Origin: a virus
Lineage: Duplodnaviria > Caudoviricetes
Direction: 5' to 3' (one strand)
DNA length: 40,508 bases
Virus record (IMG/VR): IMGVR_UViG_3300017700_000577
Coordinates: 1 to 40,508 of that record
Shown: in pieces, positions 1 through 8,066 of the stretch
How the letters are laid out: each line of letters begins with the position of its first letter
Position numbering within the stretch: the first letter of the stretch is position 1
Notes under the pieces: model-generated
Database searches by the model: none
Seen by the model: the letters and a program-made list of their open reading frames with translations, nothing else
Told to the model about the DNA's origin: nothing
Translations under genes and position numbers: made by a program

Positions 1-123
1 CGCGGCTCAAGACACATACCGCCGAATAGACCGGGCGAGCTGGTTCCCCGTCGTCGGCGGGACCACGCTGCCCTTGGCCTTGTGACCTGGGCACCACCGC
101 TCTTCAGCAGGGTCGGCGCAGAA
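1..123. repeat. Terminal direct repeat, left copy (circular assembly overlap)
   Basis: Bases 1-123 are identical to 40386-40508 and lie inside a coding region (gcrA 3' end). Implies a circular or permuted genome of ~40,385 bp. Confidence 0.95.
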
Positions 124-558
124 CAGTTGGTCCGCCATGTCGCGAGGCTCAGGGCCTACAGGCCAGCGACATTGGCACGGGCCGATCTGGAGCAGGGTCT
201 TGGGGTTGGCTGACAGGGGTTCCGAAGGCCGGATGTAGGCAGGCTTCTCGGCGACGGACTTGACGAGCTTTTCCTGCTTGGGCCGGGGCTCTTTCTTCGG
301 GCGCGGGGTGTAGGGTTTGCGGCCCGGGGTTTCGCCTCCGTAGGCTTTGTTTGTCCTCGGGGCGGAGGCTTCCCGGCGGACGCTTGCCTTCGGTCCAGCC
401 GCGCCGATCCGGTGCATGCGTCCGATGCAAGAATTTCGGGACATCGTGACCCCGAACTCCCGACCGATGGCGACGGAGACCTCTGCGGCGGACCTGCCGG
501 CCAGCCACAGACCTTTGGCGAAGTTGGTAAGCTCATCAGACCACTTTGTAGCGCCCAT
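7..558 (-). CDS. gcrA: GcrA cell-cycle regulator homologue
   Basis: N-terminal W..E....LW..G.SA.E....IG....SRN.CIGRMHR HTH and C-terminal TLLQ....CRWPVG...FC....WCPGH motif typical of GcrA. Start at ATG 558 with GGGAGG RBS. Confidence 0.88.
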   Translation of the reverse strand: MGATKWSDELTNFAKGLWLAGRSAAEVSVAIGREFGVTMSRNSCIGRMHRIGAAGPKASVRREASAPRTNKAYGGETPGRKPYTPRPKKEPRPKQEKLVKSVAEKPAYIRPSEPLSANPKTLLQIGPCQCRWPVGPEPRDMADQLFCADPAEERWCPGHKAKGSVVPPTTGNQLARSIRRYVS

Positions 559-911
559 TAGGATTCCTCCCGGAGTTGCCCTGAGGCGACGCCTTCGGCG
601 CTGGTCAACGGGCACGCCGCTACGGCGGAAAGAAGCTCGCGGCGGATATCGCTCGTAAGCCACTTGCTGTGGTGGTATCGGCGATGATCTTTCTCGTACC
701 GATGCTCGGCATGGCGGGAGCCGCTTAGAGCCCACATCATGTCGCGTTTGACGATGCGCTTCAGGCCCGGATTGCGGTCGCGCGCCTTCCAGCCTTCACG
801 GAAGGCAGCGGAAAGATCGGCTTCAGTGAAGCGCGCCCCCTCCAGCTTGACGCCTGCGTCCGTGTGTCGCCCATGTAGCGACACGCTGGGATCAGCTCCG
901 GGATGAATCAT
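558..911 (-). CDS. Hypothetical protein bracketed by inverted cassette-boundary elements
   Basis: ORF with GGAGGAG RBS; stop overlaps the gcrA start; both ends encoded by repeat elements. Confidence 0.6.
   Translation of the reverse strand: MIHPGADPSVSLHGRHTDAGVKLEGARFTEADLSAAFREGWKARDRNPGLKRIVKRDMMWALSGSRHAEHRYEKDHRRYHHSKWLTSDIRRELLSAVAACPLTSAEGVASGQLREES
563..614 (+). repeat. Dispersed hairpin boundary element (right end of gene 558-911)
   Basis: ATTCCTCCCGGAGTTGCCC followed by hairpin CGCC-TTC-GGCG and closing GGGCA. Confidence 0.8.
838..908 (-). repeat. Dispersed hairpin boundary element (left end of gene 558-911)
   Basis: Minus strand ATTCATCCCGGAGCTGATCCC, then hairpin GTGTCGC-TACATGG-GCGACAC. 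37/43 nt identical to 8334-8376. Confidence 0.8.
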
Positions 912-1077
912 CTTCTCCTCCAATTACATTAGGGTTGTCACCAGCCTTGATGGCGGCTTCGACGCGCTCCTCTAGGTCTCCCGACCAGAACTTGTCAGCC
1001 CGCCAATCGCGAACATCTTTCAAAACCTGAAGCATCATTTCAAACGCTACGGCTCTCTTGCTGCCTTTCATGGTCAT
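892..1077 (-). CDS. Hypothetical protein
   Basis: Coupled ORF in the leftward operon; ends with helix LEERVEAAIKA typical of small phage proteins. Confidence 0.55.
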   Translation of the reverse strand: MTMKGSKRAVAFEMMLQVLKDVRDWRADKFWSGDLEERVEAAIKAGDNPNVIGGEDDSSRS

Positions 1078-1574
1078 CGTGTCTCCAGTCCTTCAGCAGC
1101 CAGCGCCAGAATCTGCCGCGCTACGCCGTCGTCCATCAGCCAGAAGACGCCATCGGGGCCTTCCACGCAGAGGATTTCGCTTCCAGCCTTGAGTGTCAGC
1201 AGGCTTTTCAGACCGGGGACGCGCTCAAGGCTTTTCACCTCAATTTTCAGCCGCATGTCGCCAAGGCGTGCGACAATATCCGTATCAAACCCCTTCTCCG
1301 AGTTGCGCGATGCGGTGGCGCCGGAGCCTGCCGTTTGCTGGGCAAGAAGGCCCGAACCCGTCAGCATCCGAACAGCCCGCTTCTCGCCGCGATCACCCTT
1401 CTTGCGGGTGGCCTCTATGGTCTTGAAGCCAACGCCTCCAAATGCCGGTTTAGCAGGCGGAGGAGGCGTGCAGCCGCAGACCTTGACCCGGCGCTTGCTC
1501 GGCCCCTTCCAACGGAACATCTCGCGACATTCGTCGCAGATTTCGGGGAAGACGCTTTCGCCTACGGAGGTCAT
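1074..1574 (-). CDS. Holliday junction resolvase-like PD-(D/E)XK nuclease with N-terminal Cys cluster
   Basis: KGDRGEKRAVRML...DIVA...IEVK motif; CDEC/CGC at the N-terminus; start taken at the ATG overlapping the upstream stop. Confidence 0.7.
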   Translation of the reverse strand: MTSVGESVFPEICDECREMFRWKGPSKRRVKVCGCTPPPPAKPAFGGVGFKTIEATRKKGDRGEKRAVRMLTGSGLLAQQTAGSGATASRNSEKGFDTDIVARLGDMRLKIEVKSLERVPGLKSLLTLKAGSEILCVEGPDGVFWLMDDGVARQILALAAEGLETR

Positions 1575-1843
1575 TGAGCAGGCGTTCCAGCGAGGCCACA
1601 GAAGCCTTTCGCGGAGTTCGCGTAAGTCAGGCTGCCATCCGTGTGCCGGAGGGGATCGGACGCCGGATGCGTCTCTCGCCACGCCATGCATCCTGATCCG
1701 AGGCAAATGGACATTTTGTTGACGTCGAAGCGATTAGCCGACGCTATGGCAACGGGGCTCTTGCGTCCACTCATCTCCTCATCAATCGACACCATCTGGC
1801 GCGCGAACGGGCACCACTTCGTCTTGGCTTCGTCCTCGGTCAT
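1571..1843 (-). CDS. Cys-rich hypothetical phage protein
   Basis: MTEDEAKTKWCPF...C.GS.CMAWR...GFCGLAG pattern, a recurrent small phage family. Confidence 0.65.
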   Translation of the reverse strand: MTEDEAKTKWCPFARQMVSIDEEMSGRKSPVAIASANRFDVNKMSICLGSGCMAWRETHPASDPLRHTDGSLTYANSAKGFCGLAGTPAQ

Positions 1844-1850
1844 CTTCTTT

Positions 1851-1893
1851 CCAGTGCAAAAACAGGTTGCGGGGTCGTGGTCCCGGGATGAGC
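1851..1893 (-). repeat. Dispersed boundary element
   Basis: Minus strand GCTCATCCCGGGACCACG...TTTTTGCACTGG between a stop codon and the next start; resembles 34941-34988. Confidence 0.65.
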
Positions 1894-2069
1894 TACTTGC
1901 CTAGTTCCTGACGAAGCTGGGCATGGGTAATCTCCGCCAGCTTCATACGGGCCTGCCCTAGCCTGCGGTCGTCGTTGTCGTATTCAGCTTCACGAACAGC
2001 CTTCATGGCTTCGGCGCGCTGGTGGCGGATCGAGGGTGTGGGACGATTGAACCAAGGCCAACCGAACAT
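1893..2069 (-). CDS. Small hypothetical protein (58 aa, MFGWPWFNRP...)
   Basis: Read manually; ATG overlaps the upstream TGA; below the ORF-track cutoff. Confidence 0.55.
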   Translation of the reverse strand: MFGWPWFNRPTPSIRHQRAEAMKAVREAEYDNDDRRLGQARMKLAEITHAQLRQELGK

Positions 2070-2380
2070 CACGCATCCTCCCTGACAGGCTCAGTGATGG
2101 GGCGCTTGATAGGCCTCAAGAGGGAGGGAAGGAAATCCTCACGAGGACGGTGAATCAGCCTGAACTCACAAGCAGCGCAGCGAACCGCAGAATATGGCTC
2201 GTCCGGATCTCCGACCAACACGAGCCCAGCCCCGGGATCGTTGCACTCCGCGCAGGGTTCGCAGCCTCCCTCGATACGGCAGACGCGGCGAATCGAGCCC
2301 CTCCCCACAGCGGGAAGATCCAAGTAGGCGTCGATGTCCCGGACGGCTTCTACGAAATCCCCAGGTCCGATATCGCTCAT
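2069..2380 (-). CDS. Hypothetical protein
   Basis: Coupled ORF with CxxC motifs; MSDIGPGDFVEAV start. Confidence 0.6.
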   Translation of the reverse strand: MSDIGPGDFVEAVRDIDAYLDLPAVGRGSIRRVCRIEGGCEPCAECNDPGAGLVLVGDPDEPYSAVRCAACEFRLIHRPREDFLPSLLRPIKRPITEPVREDA

Positions 2381-2565
2381 CCCTTCACCCTCCGCGCCTC
2401 TAGCGCTTCCATAGATAGCTTGACGACCTCCGGTATCTCGCGTTTCCCTGTCGCGTATCGCCAGATGGTCACACGGTCGATGCCAAGGACTCCGGCCAGC
2501 TCGGTTTTCCAGCCATGACGCCCGTAGAGGCGCTTGCCGGCGGTCTCGAAATCAGAAGCTTTCAT
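2377..2565 (-). CDS. Small XRE/Cro-like HTH DNA-binding protein
   Basis: W.TELAGVLGIDRVTIWRYATGKREIP helix-turn-helix; first gene of the leftward operon. Confidence 0.75.
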   Translation of the reverse strand: MKASDFETAGKRLYGRHGWKTELAGVLGIDRVTIWRYATGKREIPEVVKLSMEALEARRVKG

Positions 2566-2629
2566 GTGATGAAGACTACACGAAACGATTAGGGCTGCAA
2601 TCTTTTTGTTCCGGTCCGTAATTTCCGCG

Positions 2630-2657
2630 TTGACACCAGAAACGTATGCGGTAGGTT
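2630..2657 (+). promoter_or_regulatory. Putative sigma70 promoter of the rightward early operon
   Basis: TTGACA-N16-TAGGTT in the divergent intergenic gap, followed by GGAGAG RBS and ATG 2682. Confidence 0.55.
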
Positions 2658-2681
2658 GGGATCAACAAACGGAGAGACCAG

Positions 2682-2924
2682 ATGCAACTCCTTCCCGACA
2701 CCCCGGCCTTCGAACAGTTCCTGACCGACAACCTCGGCAGCGACTACGAAGACGCCGCCAAGGAAGACCTTCTCGCCGACATGCACAGCTGCATGATCTG
2801 CGGGCACCTGTTCACCTCGGCTCAGGATTTTGAGCCTGACGCGCGGGACGTGTTCGGCGAATGGGTGTGCAACGATTGCGATGCTCTGGGCTCGCATGAT
2901 CCTGTTGGAAAGGATGGGTTCTGA
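2682..2924 (+). CDS. Small zinc-ribbon protein
   Basis: CMIC...CNDC; good RBS. Confidence 0.65.
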   Translation: MQLLPDTPAFEQFLTDNLGSDYEDAAKEDLLADMHSCMICGHLFTSAQDFEPDARDVFGEWVCNDCDALGSHDPVGKDGF

Positions 2925-3088
2925 TGACCTTCCCCCGCGACCACGACACCGATCAGAGCTTTTGCCCCGAGTGCGGCGAGCCCTGCGACACTGGCCCGAG
3001 CGTTGAGGCCTTCGAAGAGCTTGGCGAGGTTATGTGCGGAGACTGTGCCTCTGCCGCCCTCGCTGGGAAGAAGCTGGAGGGGGTTTAG
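2924..3088 (+). CDS. Small zinc-ribbon protein (54 aa)
   Basis: Read manually: CPEC...CGDC; coupled to both neighbours. Confidence 0.6.
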   Translation: MTFPRDHDTDQSFCPECGEPCDTGPSVEAFEELGEVMCGDCASAALAGKKLEGV

Positions 3089-3409
3089 ATGGCCTCCCGG
3101 AAGCTTTCACAGACGGCCGGTGTCAAGCCGAGACTGACAACGGCGCGCCTCCGCATCCTGACCGCCGCTATGGCCTCGCCGTTGGGCGTGGTGACGCGAC
3201 CGTACATGACGGGTTTTGAGCGCGTCGCTTGGGATCGCAACGCCAGAACGCTCTGCGATGCCGGGTGGCTCACAGAGTACGTCCATGGCGGCTTTGAGGT
3301 CACGGCCGCCGGTCGGGCCTCTGCCATGGAGCGCCACCAAGCGGATGCTGTCCGTGAGGGTGACCTTGAAGTCGGCGCGGGCGTCGCTTGTCGGGACCCC
3401 CTGCAATGA
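3089..3409 (+). CDS. Winged-helix-like hypothetical protein
   Basis: L.DAGWL......FEVTAAGR wHTH-like C-terminal motif; GGAGGGG RBS. Confidence 0.6.
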   Translation: MASRKLSQTAGVKPRLTTARLRILTAAMASPLGVVTRPYMTGFERVAWDRNARTLCDAGWLTEYVHGGFEVTAAGRASAMERHQADAVREGDLEVGAGVACRDPLQ

Positions 3410-3494
3410 TCCGCTTCCTCACCACCCCTAACCGTTGGGCCTCTGCCCTTGTGACGGTTGCTCTTCTTGCTGCTGCTGGAATGGGAATTGTGAA

Positions 3495-3866
3495 ATGAGT
3501 AGTGACGCGCCGTCCCCTACCCAAGAACACAAGACGCATGCGGATATACTAACCGCCGCTGCTGATCTGCTGGAGAAGCCGGGCGCTTGGACGCAGGGAT
3601 GCTTTGCTCGCGACCAGAGCGGCAAGCCATCCGCTCCAAGAGATCCAGACGCGGTCTGCTACTGCATGGCCGGCGCGATCTACAGCATCGTGGGCACGAA
3701 CAGCCGGGGCGACGCGCTCATTGACGTCTTGAGCACGAGGGCGCGCCGACAGGGTTTTCGCCACATCGCGCACTGGAACGACAAGGAGAACCGCACTCAA
3801 GCCGAAGTCGTCTCCGCTCTCCGCGCTGCTGCTGACCTCGCCCGCACCGAACAGGTGAAGGGATGA
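3495..3866 (+). CDS. Conserved phage hypothetical protein (DUF6197-like)
   Basis: L.AAADLLE...WTQG...YC.AGAI...WND...RTQAEVV.AL pattern. Confidence 0.65.
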   Translation: MSSDAPSPTQEHKTHADILTAAADLLEKPGAWTQGCFARDQSGKPSAPRDPDAVCYCMAGAIYSIVGTNSRGDALIDVLSTRARRQGFRHIAHWNDKENRTQAEVVSALRAAADLARTEQVKG

Positions 3867-4108
3867 GTTCGTCCCAGACTATCCCGTCTTCGGGCTCTAC
3901 GAGCGCCGACCCGACAAGCAGCCTCCTACTGGTCTCCCCCGTAGTCTCTGCTCTGGCCTATACGATCACAGCAGAGGCCCGGCGGGTTGATCTGGCGGCT
4001 AACGCCCGGAGCATGACGCCAGCCGTCAGGGAGCATCTTCGGAAGGATCTGGAGAAGCTCATCCAGGCTGCGCTTACCCTCATGGACGAGGTGAGCGGCG
4101 ATGCCTGA
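3863..4108 (+). CDS. Hypothetical protein
   Basis: ATGA-coupled ORF; N-terminus encoded by a boundary element. Confidence 0.55.
   Translation: MSSSQTIPSSGSTSADPTSSLLLVSPVVSALAYTITAEARRVDLAANARSMTPAVREHLRKDLEKLIQAALTLMDEVSGDA
3867..3915 (+). repeat. Dispersed boundary element at a gene start
   Basis: GTTCGTCCCAGACTATCCCGTCT then hairpin TCGG-GCTC-TAC-GAGC-G-CCGA. Confidence 0.7.
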
Positions 4109-4283
4109 CCCTCTCCTCTGGATGGGCAGGGTTCACCAGCCTTGGGACCTCCCAAAGCTCAGGCGTGATCGGGAGTGGTACGAGAGGCTTTCCAAGTCTC
4201 CCGATCAGGTCGTTGGAAACATGTACGCCGAATGGACGGAGCGTCTGTCGGCTGTGATCGAACAAACGGAGAAGATGCAGTGA
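4101..4283 (+). CDS. Hypothetical protein
   Basis: Coupled ORF directly upstream of the ERF gene. Confidence 0.5.
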   Translation: MPDPLLWMGRVHQPWDLPKLRRDREWYERLSKSPDQVVGNMYAEWTERLSAVIEQTEKMQ

Positions 4284-5011
4284 CCGCCACCGTTCCCAGT
4301 GTTTACAAGACGATTGCTGCCGTCATGGCGGATATCGCCAAGGAGGGGATCGCCAAGGACTCCCGCAACCAGCAACAGGGCTATAACTTCCGAGGCATCG
4401 ACTCCGTTTATAATGCCCTGGCTCCGATCCTGTCCCGTCACGGCCTGATGATGCTCCCTCGCGTGCTGGCCCGTGAGGTGGTCGAGCGCGCGACCAAAAG
4501 CGGCGGGGTTCTGTTTTACGTCACCGTTGACGTGGAATTCACGCTGGTCTGTTCGGAAGACGGGTCGGCGCACGTGATCAAGACCTACGGCGAGGCTATG
4601 GACAGCGGCGACAAGGCCACCAATAAGGCCATGAGCGCGGCCTACAAGTATGCGGCCATGCAGGCCTTCTGCATCCCCACTGAGGGCGACAATGACCCTG
4701 ACGCCACCACGCACGAGGTGGTCGCCAGTCGCGGTCCTGATGTCTCTGGGGGCGGTCCTGACTGGTGGGGCTGCTCGACGCCCGGCATGAGCGCCAGCGC
4801 CGCCAAGAAGGAAGGGCTGGGCGAGAAGTTCGATGAATGGCGCACCGAGATTGCCGCCCTGACTGCCGGCGCTGAATGGAGACAATGGTGCAAGGACCAC
4901 AACGAAGAGATCGCCAAGCTGCCGAAGTCGTGGCGGGTGATCCTTCGCGAGGAAGCGGAGGCGATGGCGGTGGAGCTGGGCGTGGACCTGACCAACCGCC
5001 GGAGCGAATAG
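4280..5011 (+). CDS. erf: ERF-family single-strand annealing protein
   Basis: IAKD..N.QQGYNFRGID...GEAMDSGDKATNKAMSAAYKYA..Q.F.IP..D.DPD motif; GTG start overlapping the upstream stop. Confidence 0.85.
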   Translation: MTATVPSVYKTIAAVMADIAKEGIAKDSRNQQQGYNFRGIDSVYNALAPILSRHGLMMLPRVLAREVVERATKSGGVLFYVTVDVEFTLVCSEDGSAHVIKTYGEAMDSGDKATNKAMSAAYKYAAMQAFCIPTEGDNDPDATTHEVVASRGPDVSGGGPDWWGCSTPGMSASAAKKEGLGEKFDEWRTEIAALTAGAEWRQWCKDHNEEIAKLPKSWRVILREEAEAMAVELGVDLTNRRSE

Positions 5012-5138
5012 ACACACCCCAGGTCATAGCAGCCCGTGCTTTCTGCAAAGCCATTCTGCGAGAGTTCCCGGGTACGACTTTAACCGTAGTAGAAGCGAAG
5101 GAGCGGCGGGGTCCTAACAAGCCCCGCCTGTTCGCCAA

Positions 5139-5471
5139 GTGACAATCGAGATTCCAGACTCCCACGTTCAACGCGCCTTCGATGTGCTGCGTTCGGGGGA
5201 GCACGCGCAGGCCCGCGCCGCGTATGAGTTCTCCGAAAAGCAGTTGAAGGTTGTTCTCGCCAAGGAAGAACTGGCCTGCGACGCTAAGACGGTTGGCGAG
5301 CGTCAGGCCTACGCGCTGGCGTCGGAGGCCTACGAGAAGGCTATGGCAGATCACCGGCTAGTCGCCGAGTCCTACTATCACTGGAAGGATAGGCGCGATG
5401 CGGCGTCGGCGATTTTGGATGCGTGGCGAACCTTGAGGAGCGATGAGAGGGCGTTGGGGAAAGTGGGTTGA
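5139..5471 (+). CDS. Helical hypothetical protein of the recombination module
   Basis: Coiled-coil ORF ending in I.DAWRT..S..R, commonly found next to phage annealases. Confidence 0.6.
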   Translation: MTIEIPDSHVQRAFDVLRSGEHAQARAAYEFSEKQLKVVLAKEELACDAKTVGERQAYALASEAYEKAMADHRLVAESYYHWKDRRDAASAILDAWRTLRSDERALGKVG

Positions 5472-5495
5472 CGTAGCGATGTTGCGGGGATAGCT
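5468..5495 (+). promoter_or_regulatory. Putative internal sigma70 promoter
   Basis: TTGACG followed 16 nt later by TAGCTT in an intergenic gap, before GGAGAG RBS and ATG 5524. Confidence 0.45.
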
Positions 5496-5523
5496 TCGTT
5501 ATGACAATTGCTGGAGAGAGCAG

Positions 5524-5856
5524 ATGACCACTTTTACTCCCGGGCCTTGGATTGAGTTGGACACGGAATCATCCGTCGATCTTGCTGGCGTCTCGGGCTG
5601 GCAGGATATCGGCGTAGAAGGTGGGAACGTAGTCGCCATCGCGGTAGGCTTTGCCGCGCCCTACTGGCACGAGAAGAGTCTAAAGGCCAACGCCAGCCTC
5701 ATTTCCGCCGCCCCTGATCTGTTGGAGGCGCTGAAGGAAGCGGTTGAAGACCTTGAGGCGACCCTGCGCTGGCGCGGCGAAGGATGGGAGTGCACCGAGG
5801 ACGAACTGCTCGGCAACGCCCGCGCCGCCATCGCCAAGGCGGAGGATCGGCAATGA
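5524..5856 (+). CDS. Conserved phage hypothetical protein (TPGPW/ANA.LI.AAPDLLEAL family)
   Basis: Characteristic TPGPW and ANASLISAAPDLLEAL motifs. Confidence 0.75.
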   Translation: MTTFTPGPWIELDTESSVDLAGVSGWQDIGVEGGNVVAIAVGFAAPYWHEKSLKANASLISAAPDLLEALKEAVEDLEATLRWRGEGWECTEDELLGNARAAIAKAEDRQ

Positions 5857-6161
5857 CCTACACCTCCCCCACCCGCGCCGAAGCCGCAGAACAAACCCGC
5901 CAGCGCCTTCTCCGCGCCGCTCGTGCCGAGTTCCTCGCTAAAGGATGGCGGGGATCTACGGTTCGCTCAATCGCTCGCAGGGCCGGGCATTCAACAGGTG
6001 CGTTCTTCGCTCACTTCACGGGGAAGGACGATGCCTGGGAACAGGCTACGGGGTTCCTGACGCCTGATCAGTGGGCCAAAGATGTGCTCAAGACCCTGTC
6101 CGATGGGAACGAAGTGACCAAGACGGGCAACTCCGGGATGAACAAAGAGGCATTCAAATGA
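5853..6161 (+). CDS. TetR-family HTH-only protein
   Basis: TRQRLLRAARAEFLAKGW..STVRSIARRAG.STGAFFAHF.GKD; lacks a ligand-binding domain. Confidence 0.8.
   Translation: MTYTSPTRAEAAEQTRQRLLRAARAEFLAKGWRGSTVRSIARRAGHSTGAFFAHFTGKDDAWEQATGFLTPDQWAKDVLKTLSDGNEVTKTGNSGMNKEAFK
6094..6143 (-). repeat. Dispersed boundary element at the end of the TetR gene
   Basis: Reverse complement GTTCATCCCGGAGTTGCCCGTCTTGGTCACTTCGTTCCCATCGG. First 23 nt identical to 9718-9740; similar to 34054-34104. Confidence 0.85.
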
Positions 6162-6991
6162 ATACTCAAACCCTTCCTAATACTAGGGAAGCCGTGGCTC
6201 GGTTGAACGAGCTGTGTCTCGGCACCGCTGTTGCGGCCCGTTGGGGCGAGTCGTCGGCCTATCTTTCGTGCGAGCGGCACGATGTGGAGACCGCCCTCCT
6301 TGCCTATGGAGAGTTGGTTGAGGCGGTGGCGTCCGCTGCCGATCAACTGGACGCTGCTGCGAATGCGCTCAACGATCGAAGGGCATACGAATCCGCTGAA
6401 GATTGCGAAATCCACGCCCGTGTCGCCCGCTCCCTCCTCCTCCGTCTTAATGGGGATGTAGGGGTCAGCCCGGAGTCGCCCGTCTCGCCCAAGAGCGAAT
6501 GCACGCCCAGCACTTCGGTGGAGATAGACCGGGAAGACGCAGCGGCCATCGTCCACGAGGCCATGCGTTGGGCGGTCCAATGCGCGCCTGATAAGAACCC
6601 GCCCTTCTGGGTCGATGGGGGCAATTCCTTCGTCCAAGACCGCGCTCGCAGGGCTGTGGCCGCCATCTTCGATCTGTCCAGCGCAGAACTGACCGCTCAG
6701 GGCGTGGTCCCGGGACGACCTAATCCCTCCCCCAAGAGCGAATGTGAAGGCGGCTCTCCGGTGGAGGGGCGAGACACCACGCGGCTGGACGCTAGCGACC
6801 TGACCGACGACGAGCTTCGGGCCGAACAAGGCCGCGTCGAGAAGCTTTGGGACAGCATGTTCGAGTCCGACGAAGACGGCGAAGTCTTCGAGGGTCGCGG
6901 CGGCTCTCCGGGCGAATGGATGCAGGAGCGCATGGACGAGATCGCCACCGAACAGGCGCGCCGCAGCCTCCCTACCGGAGAATCCCAATGA
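6158..6991 (+). CDS. Mosaic hypothetical protein (three modules joined at repeat elements)
   Basis: Coupled ORF with SPKSEC repeated twice at internal boundary elements. Confidence 0.6.
   Translation: MNTQTLPNTREAVARLNELCLGTAVAARWGESSAYLSCERHDVETALLAYGELVEAVASAADQLDAAANALNDRRAYESAEDCEIHARVARSLLLRLNGDVGVSPESPVSPKSECTPSTSVEIDREDAAAIVHEAMRWAVQCAPDKNPPFWVDGGNSFVQDRARRAVAAIFDLSSAELTAQGVVPGRPNPSPKSECEGGSPVEGRDTTRLDASDLTDDELRAEQGRVEKLWDSMFESDEDGEVFEGRGGSPGEWMQERMDEIATEQARRSLPTGESQ
6463..6501 (+). repeat. Intragenic boundary element
   Basis: GGTCAGCCCGGAGTCGCCCGTCT then hairpin TCGC-CCAAGA-GCGA. Confidence 0.65.
6674..6720 (-). repeat. Intragenic boundary element (inverted partner of 6463)
   Basis: Reverse complement GGTCGTCCCGGGACCACGCCCTGAG; shares TCCCGGGACCACG with the 1851-1893 copy and GCCCTGAG with the 563 copy. 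Confidence 0.6.
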
Positions 6992-7926
6992 CCCCTTCCC
7001 AACCTCTCAACACCGAATGCCAGCCCGGCGGGGCGGTGGATGACCGACGCTGCCCGTTCTGCGGCGGCCCCGGCAAGTTGATCTCGACCATGGGAGAATG
7101 GGTCGGGGTGGGGAACGGCCCGCGCGGCGGGGCGTATGGCCCAGAAAGGCGTCGCATCGTTTGCTCGGCCCTCTATGAGACCCCGTCACGGGCGTGCCCT
7201 GAGGGGCGCATCTGCGACACTGAAGTGGAAGCCTGGGCGGCGTGGAATACTCGCGCCCCCACGATCACCCCTCCGGTGGAAGGCCGCGAGGACATCGAGC
7301 GCGCGGCCTATAAGCGAGGCTGGAGCGACCGCGAGGCGGACATCCTGGAACGCGCCGATGCGATGGGTCTCCCCACCCCTCCGGTGGAAGGGTGGCGGGA
7401 GGCGGTGGCCAAGCTGCGCAAGATCGCCGCCGAAGCAAAGTCGCTGGCCGCCGACCTGAACGCGAAGCCCGACGGGGCGAAGTTCGTCGATCCCGGCATC
7501 ATGCGCATGGCCTACGCCATGGGTGCGAAGTGCGACCACTTTCTTGAGGCCGCCACCATCGTTGAAGCCGCCCTCGCCCTTCCCGCCCCCGCCGTTCAGC
7601 CGGAGGGGTGGCCTGACGCTCGCGCGGTGATCGACATCTGGGCGAACTATCACGGCATCCAGGTCAGCCCGCACCATCGGAACTGCCTGGTTACGGACCT
7701 GAACCTCGCTCTCGCCTCCCCCGACGTTCAGCGTCAAGAGGAGGGGGAAGGCCGAGACGCGGCGCGATACCGCTACCTCCGCGACCGCGATGCTGGACCG
7801 GACGGAGCGCCGCCACCAAGCGGCCTGTTCATCGGTCGCGTCCCTGAGAACCTGATCCTCACCGGCGAGGACGCCGACAGGGCAATAGATCTCGCCCTCC
7901 CCGCCGCTCCGGGAGCCAGAGGATGA
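6988..7926 (+). CDS. Lar-like (restriction alleviation) zinc-finger mosaic protein
   Basis: CPFCGG...C...C...EA.AAWNTR N-terminal domain; C-terminal DAARYRYLR...DRAID module. Confidence 0.65.
   Translation: MTPSQPLNTECQPGGAVDDRRCPFCGGPGKLISTMGEWVGVGNGPRGGAYGPERRRIVCSALYETPSRACPEGRICDTEVEAWAAWNTRAPTITPPVEGREDIERAAYKRGWSDREADILERADAMGLPTPPVEGWREAVAKLRKIAAEAKSLAADLNAKPDGAKFVDPGIMRMAYAMGAKCDHFLEAATIVEAALALPAPAVQPEGWPDARAVIDIWANYHGIQVSPHHRNCLVTDLNLALASPDVQRQEEGEGRDAARYRYLRDRDAGPDGAPPPSGLFIGRVPENLILTGEDADRAIDLALPAAPGARG
7266..7391 (+). repeat. 18-bp direct repeat CACCCCTCCGGTGGAAGG (7266-7283, 7374-7391)
   Basis: Exact copies 108 bp apart, in frame (TPPVEG). Confidence 0.85.
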
Positions 7927-8066
7927 GCGGGGCCTGCACCTGCGGTCTTCCGCGCGCGTGGCCGTGGCTGTCTTGTGGCCGCACGTCTTGCAGCATGACG
8001 CCGTTCATCCTCGCGCAACGATCCGCTGCTCGCGCACGCCGCGCCACCAAGGGAGCCGGGCAATGA
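7923..8066 (+). CDS. Small Cys-rich hypothetical protein (47 aa)
   Basis: Read manually; ATGA overlaps at both ends. Confidence 0.45.
   Translation: MSGACTCGLPRAWPWLSCGRTSCSMTPFILAQRSAARARRATKGAGQ

Noticed and set aside
1-123. 123-bp terminal repeat as a biological direct terminal repeat
   Set aside because: It falls mid-operon inside gcrA and has the size of an assembler overlap; treated as evidence of circularity only.
559-735. N-terminal extension of GcrA in the ORF track; likewise 40396-40482 for the HNH gene
   Set aside because: These overlap upstream genes; better starts with RBS or translational coupling exist at 558 and 40395.
7905-7920. GCTCCGGGAGCC at the end of the Lar-like gene as another element copy
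   Set aside because: Only a short match with no adjoining hairpin; explained by the common LPAAP C-terminal peptide.
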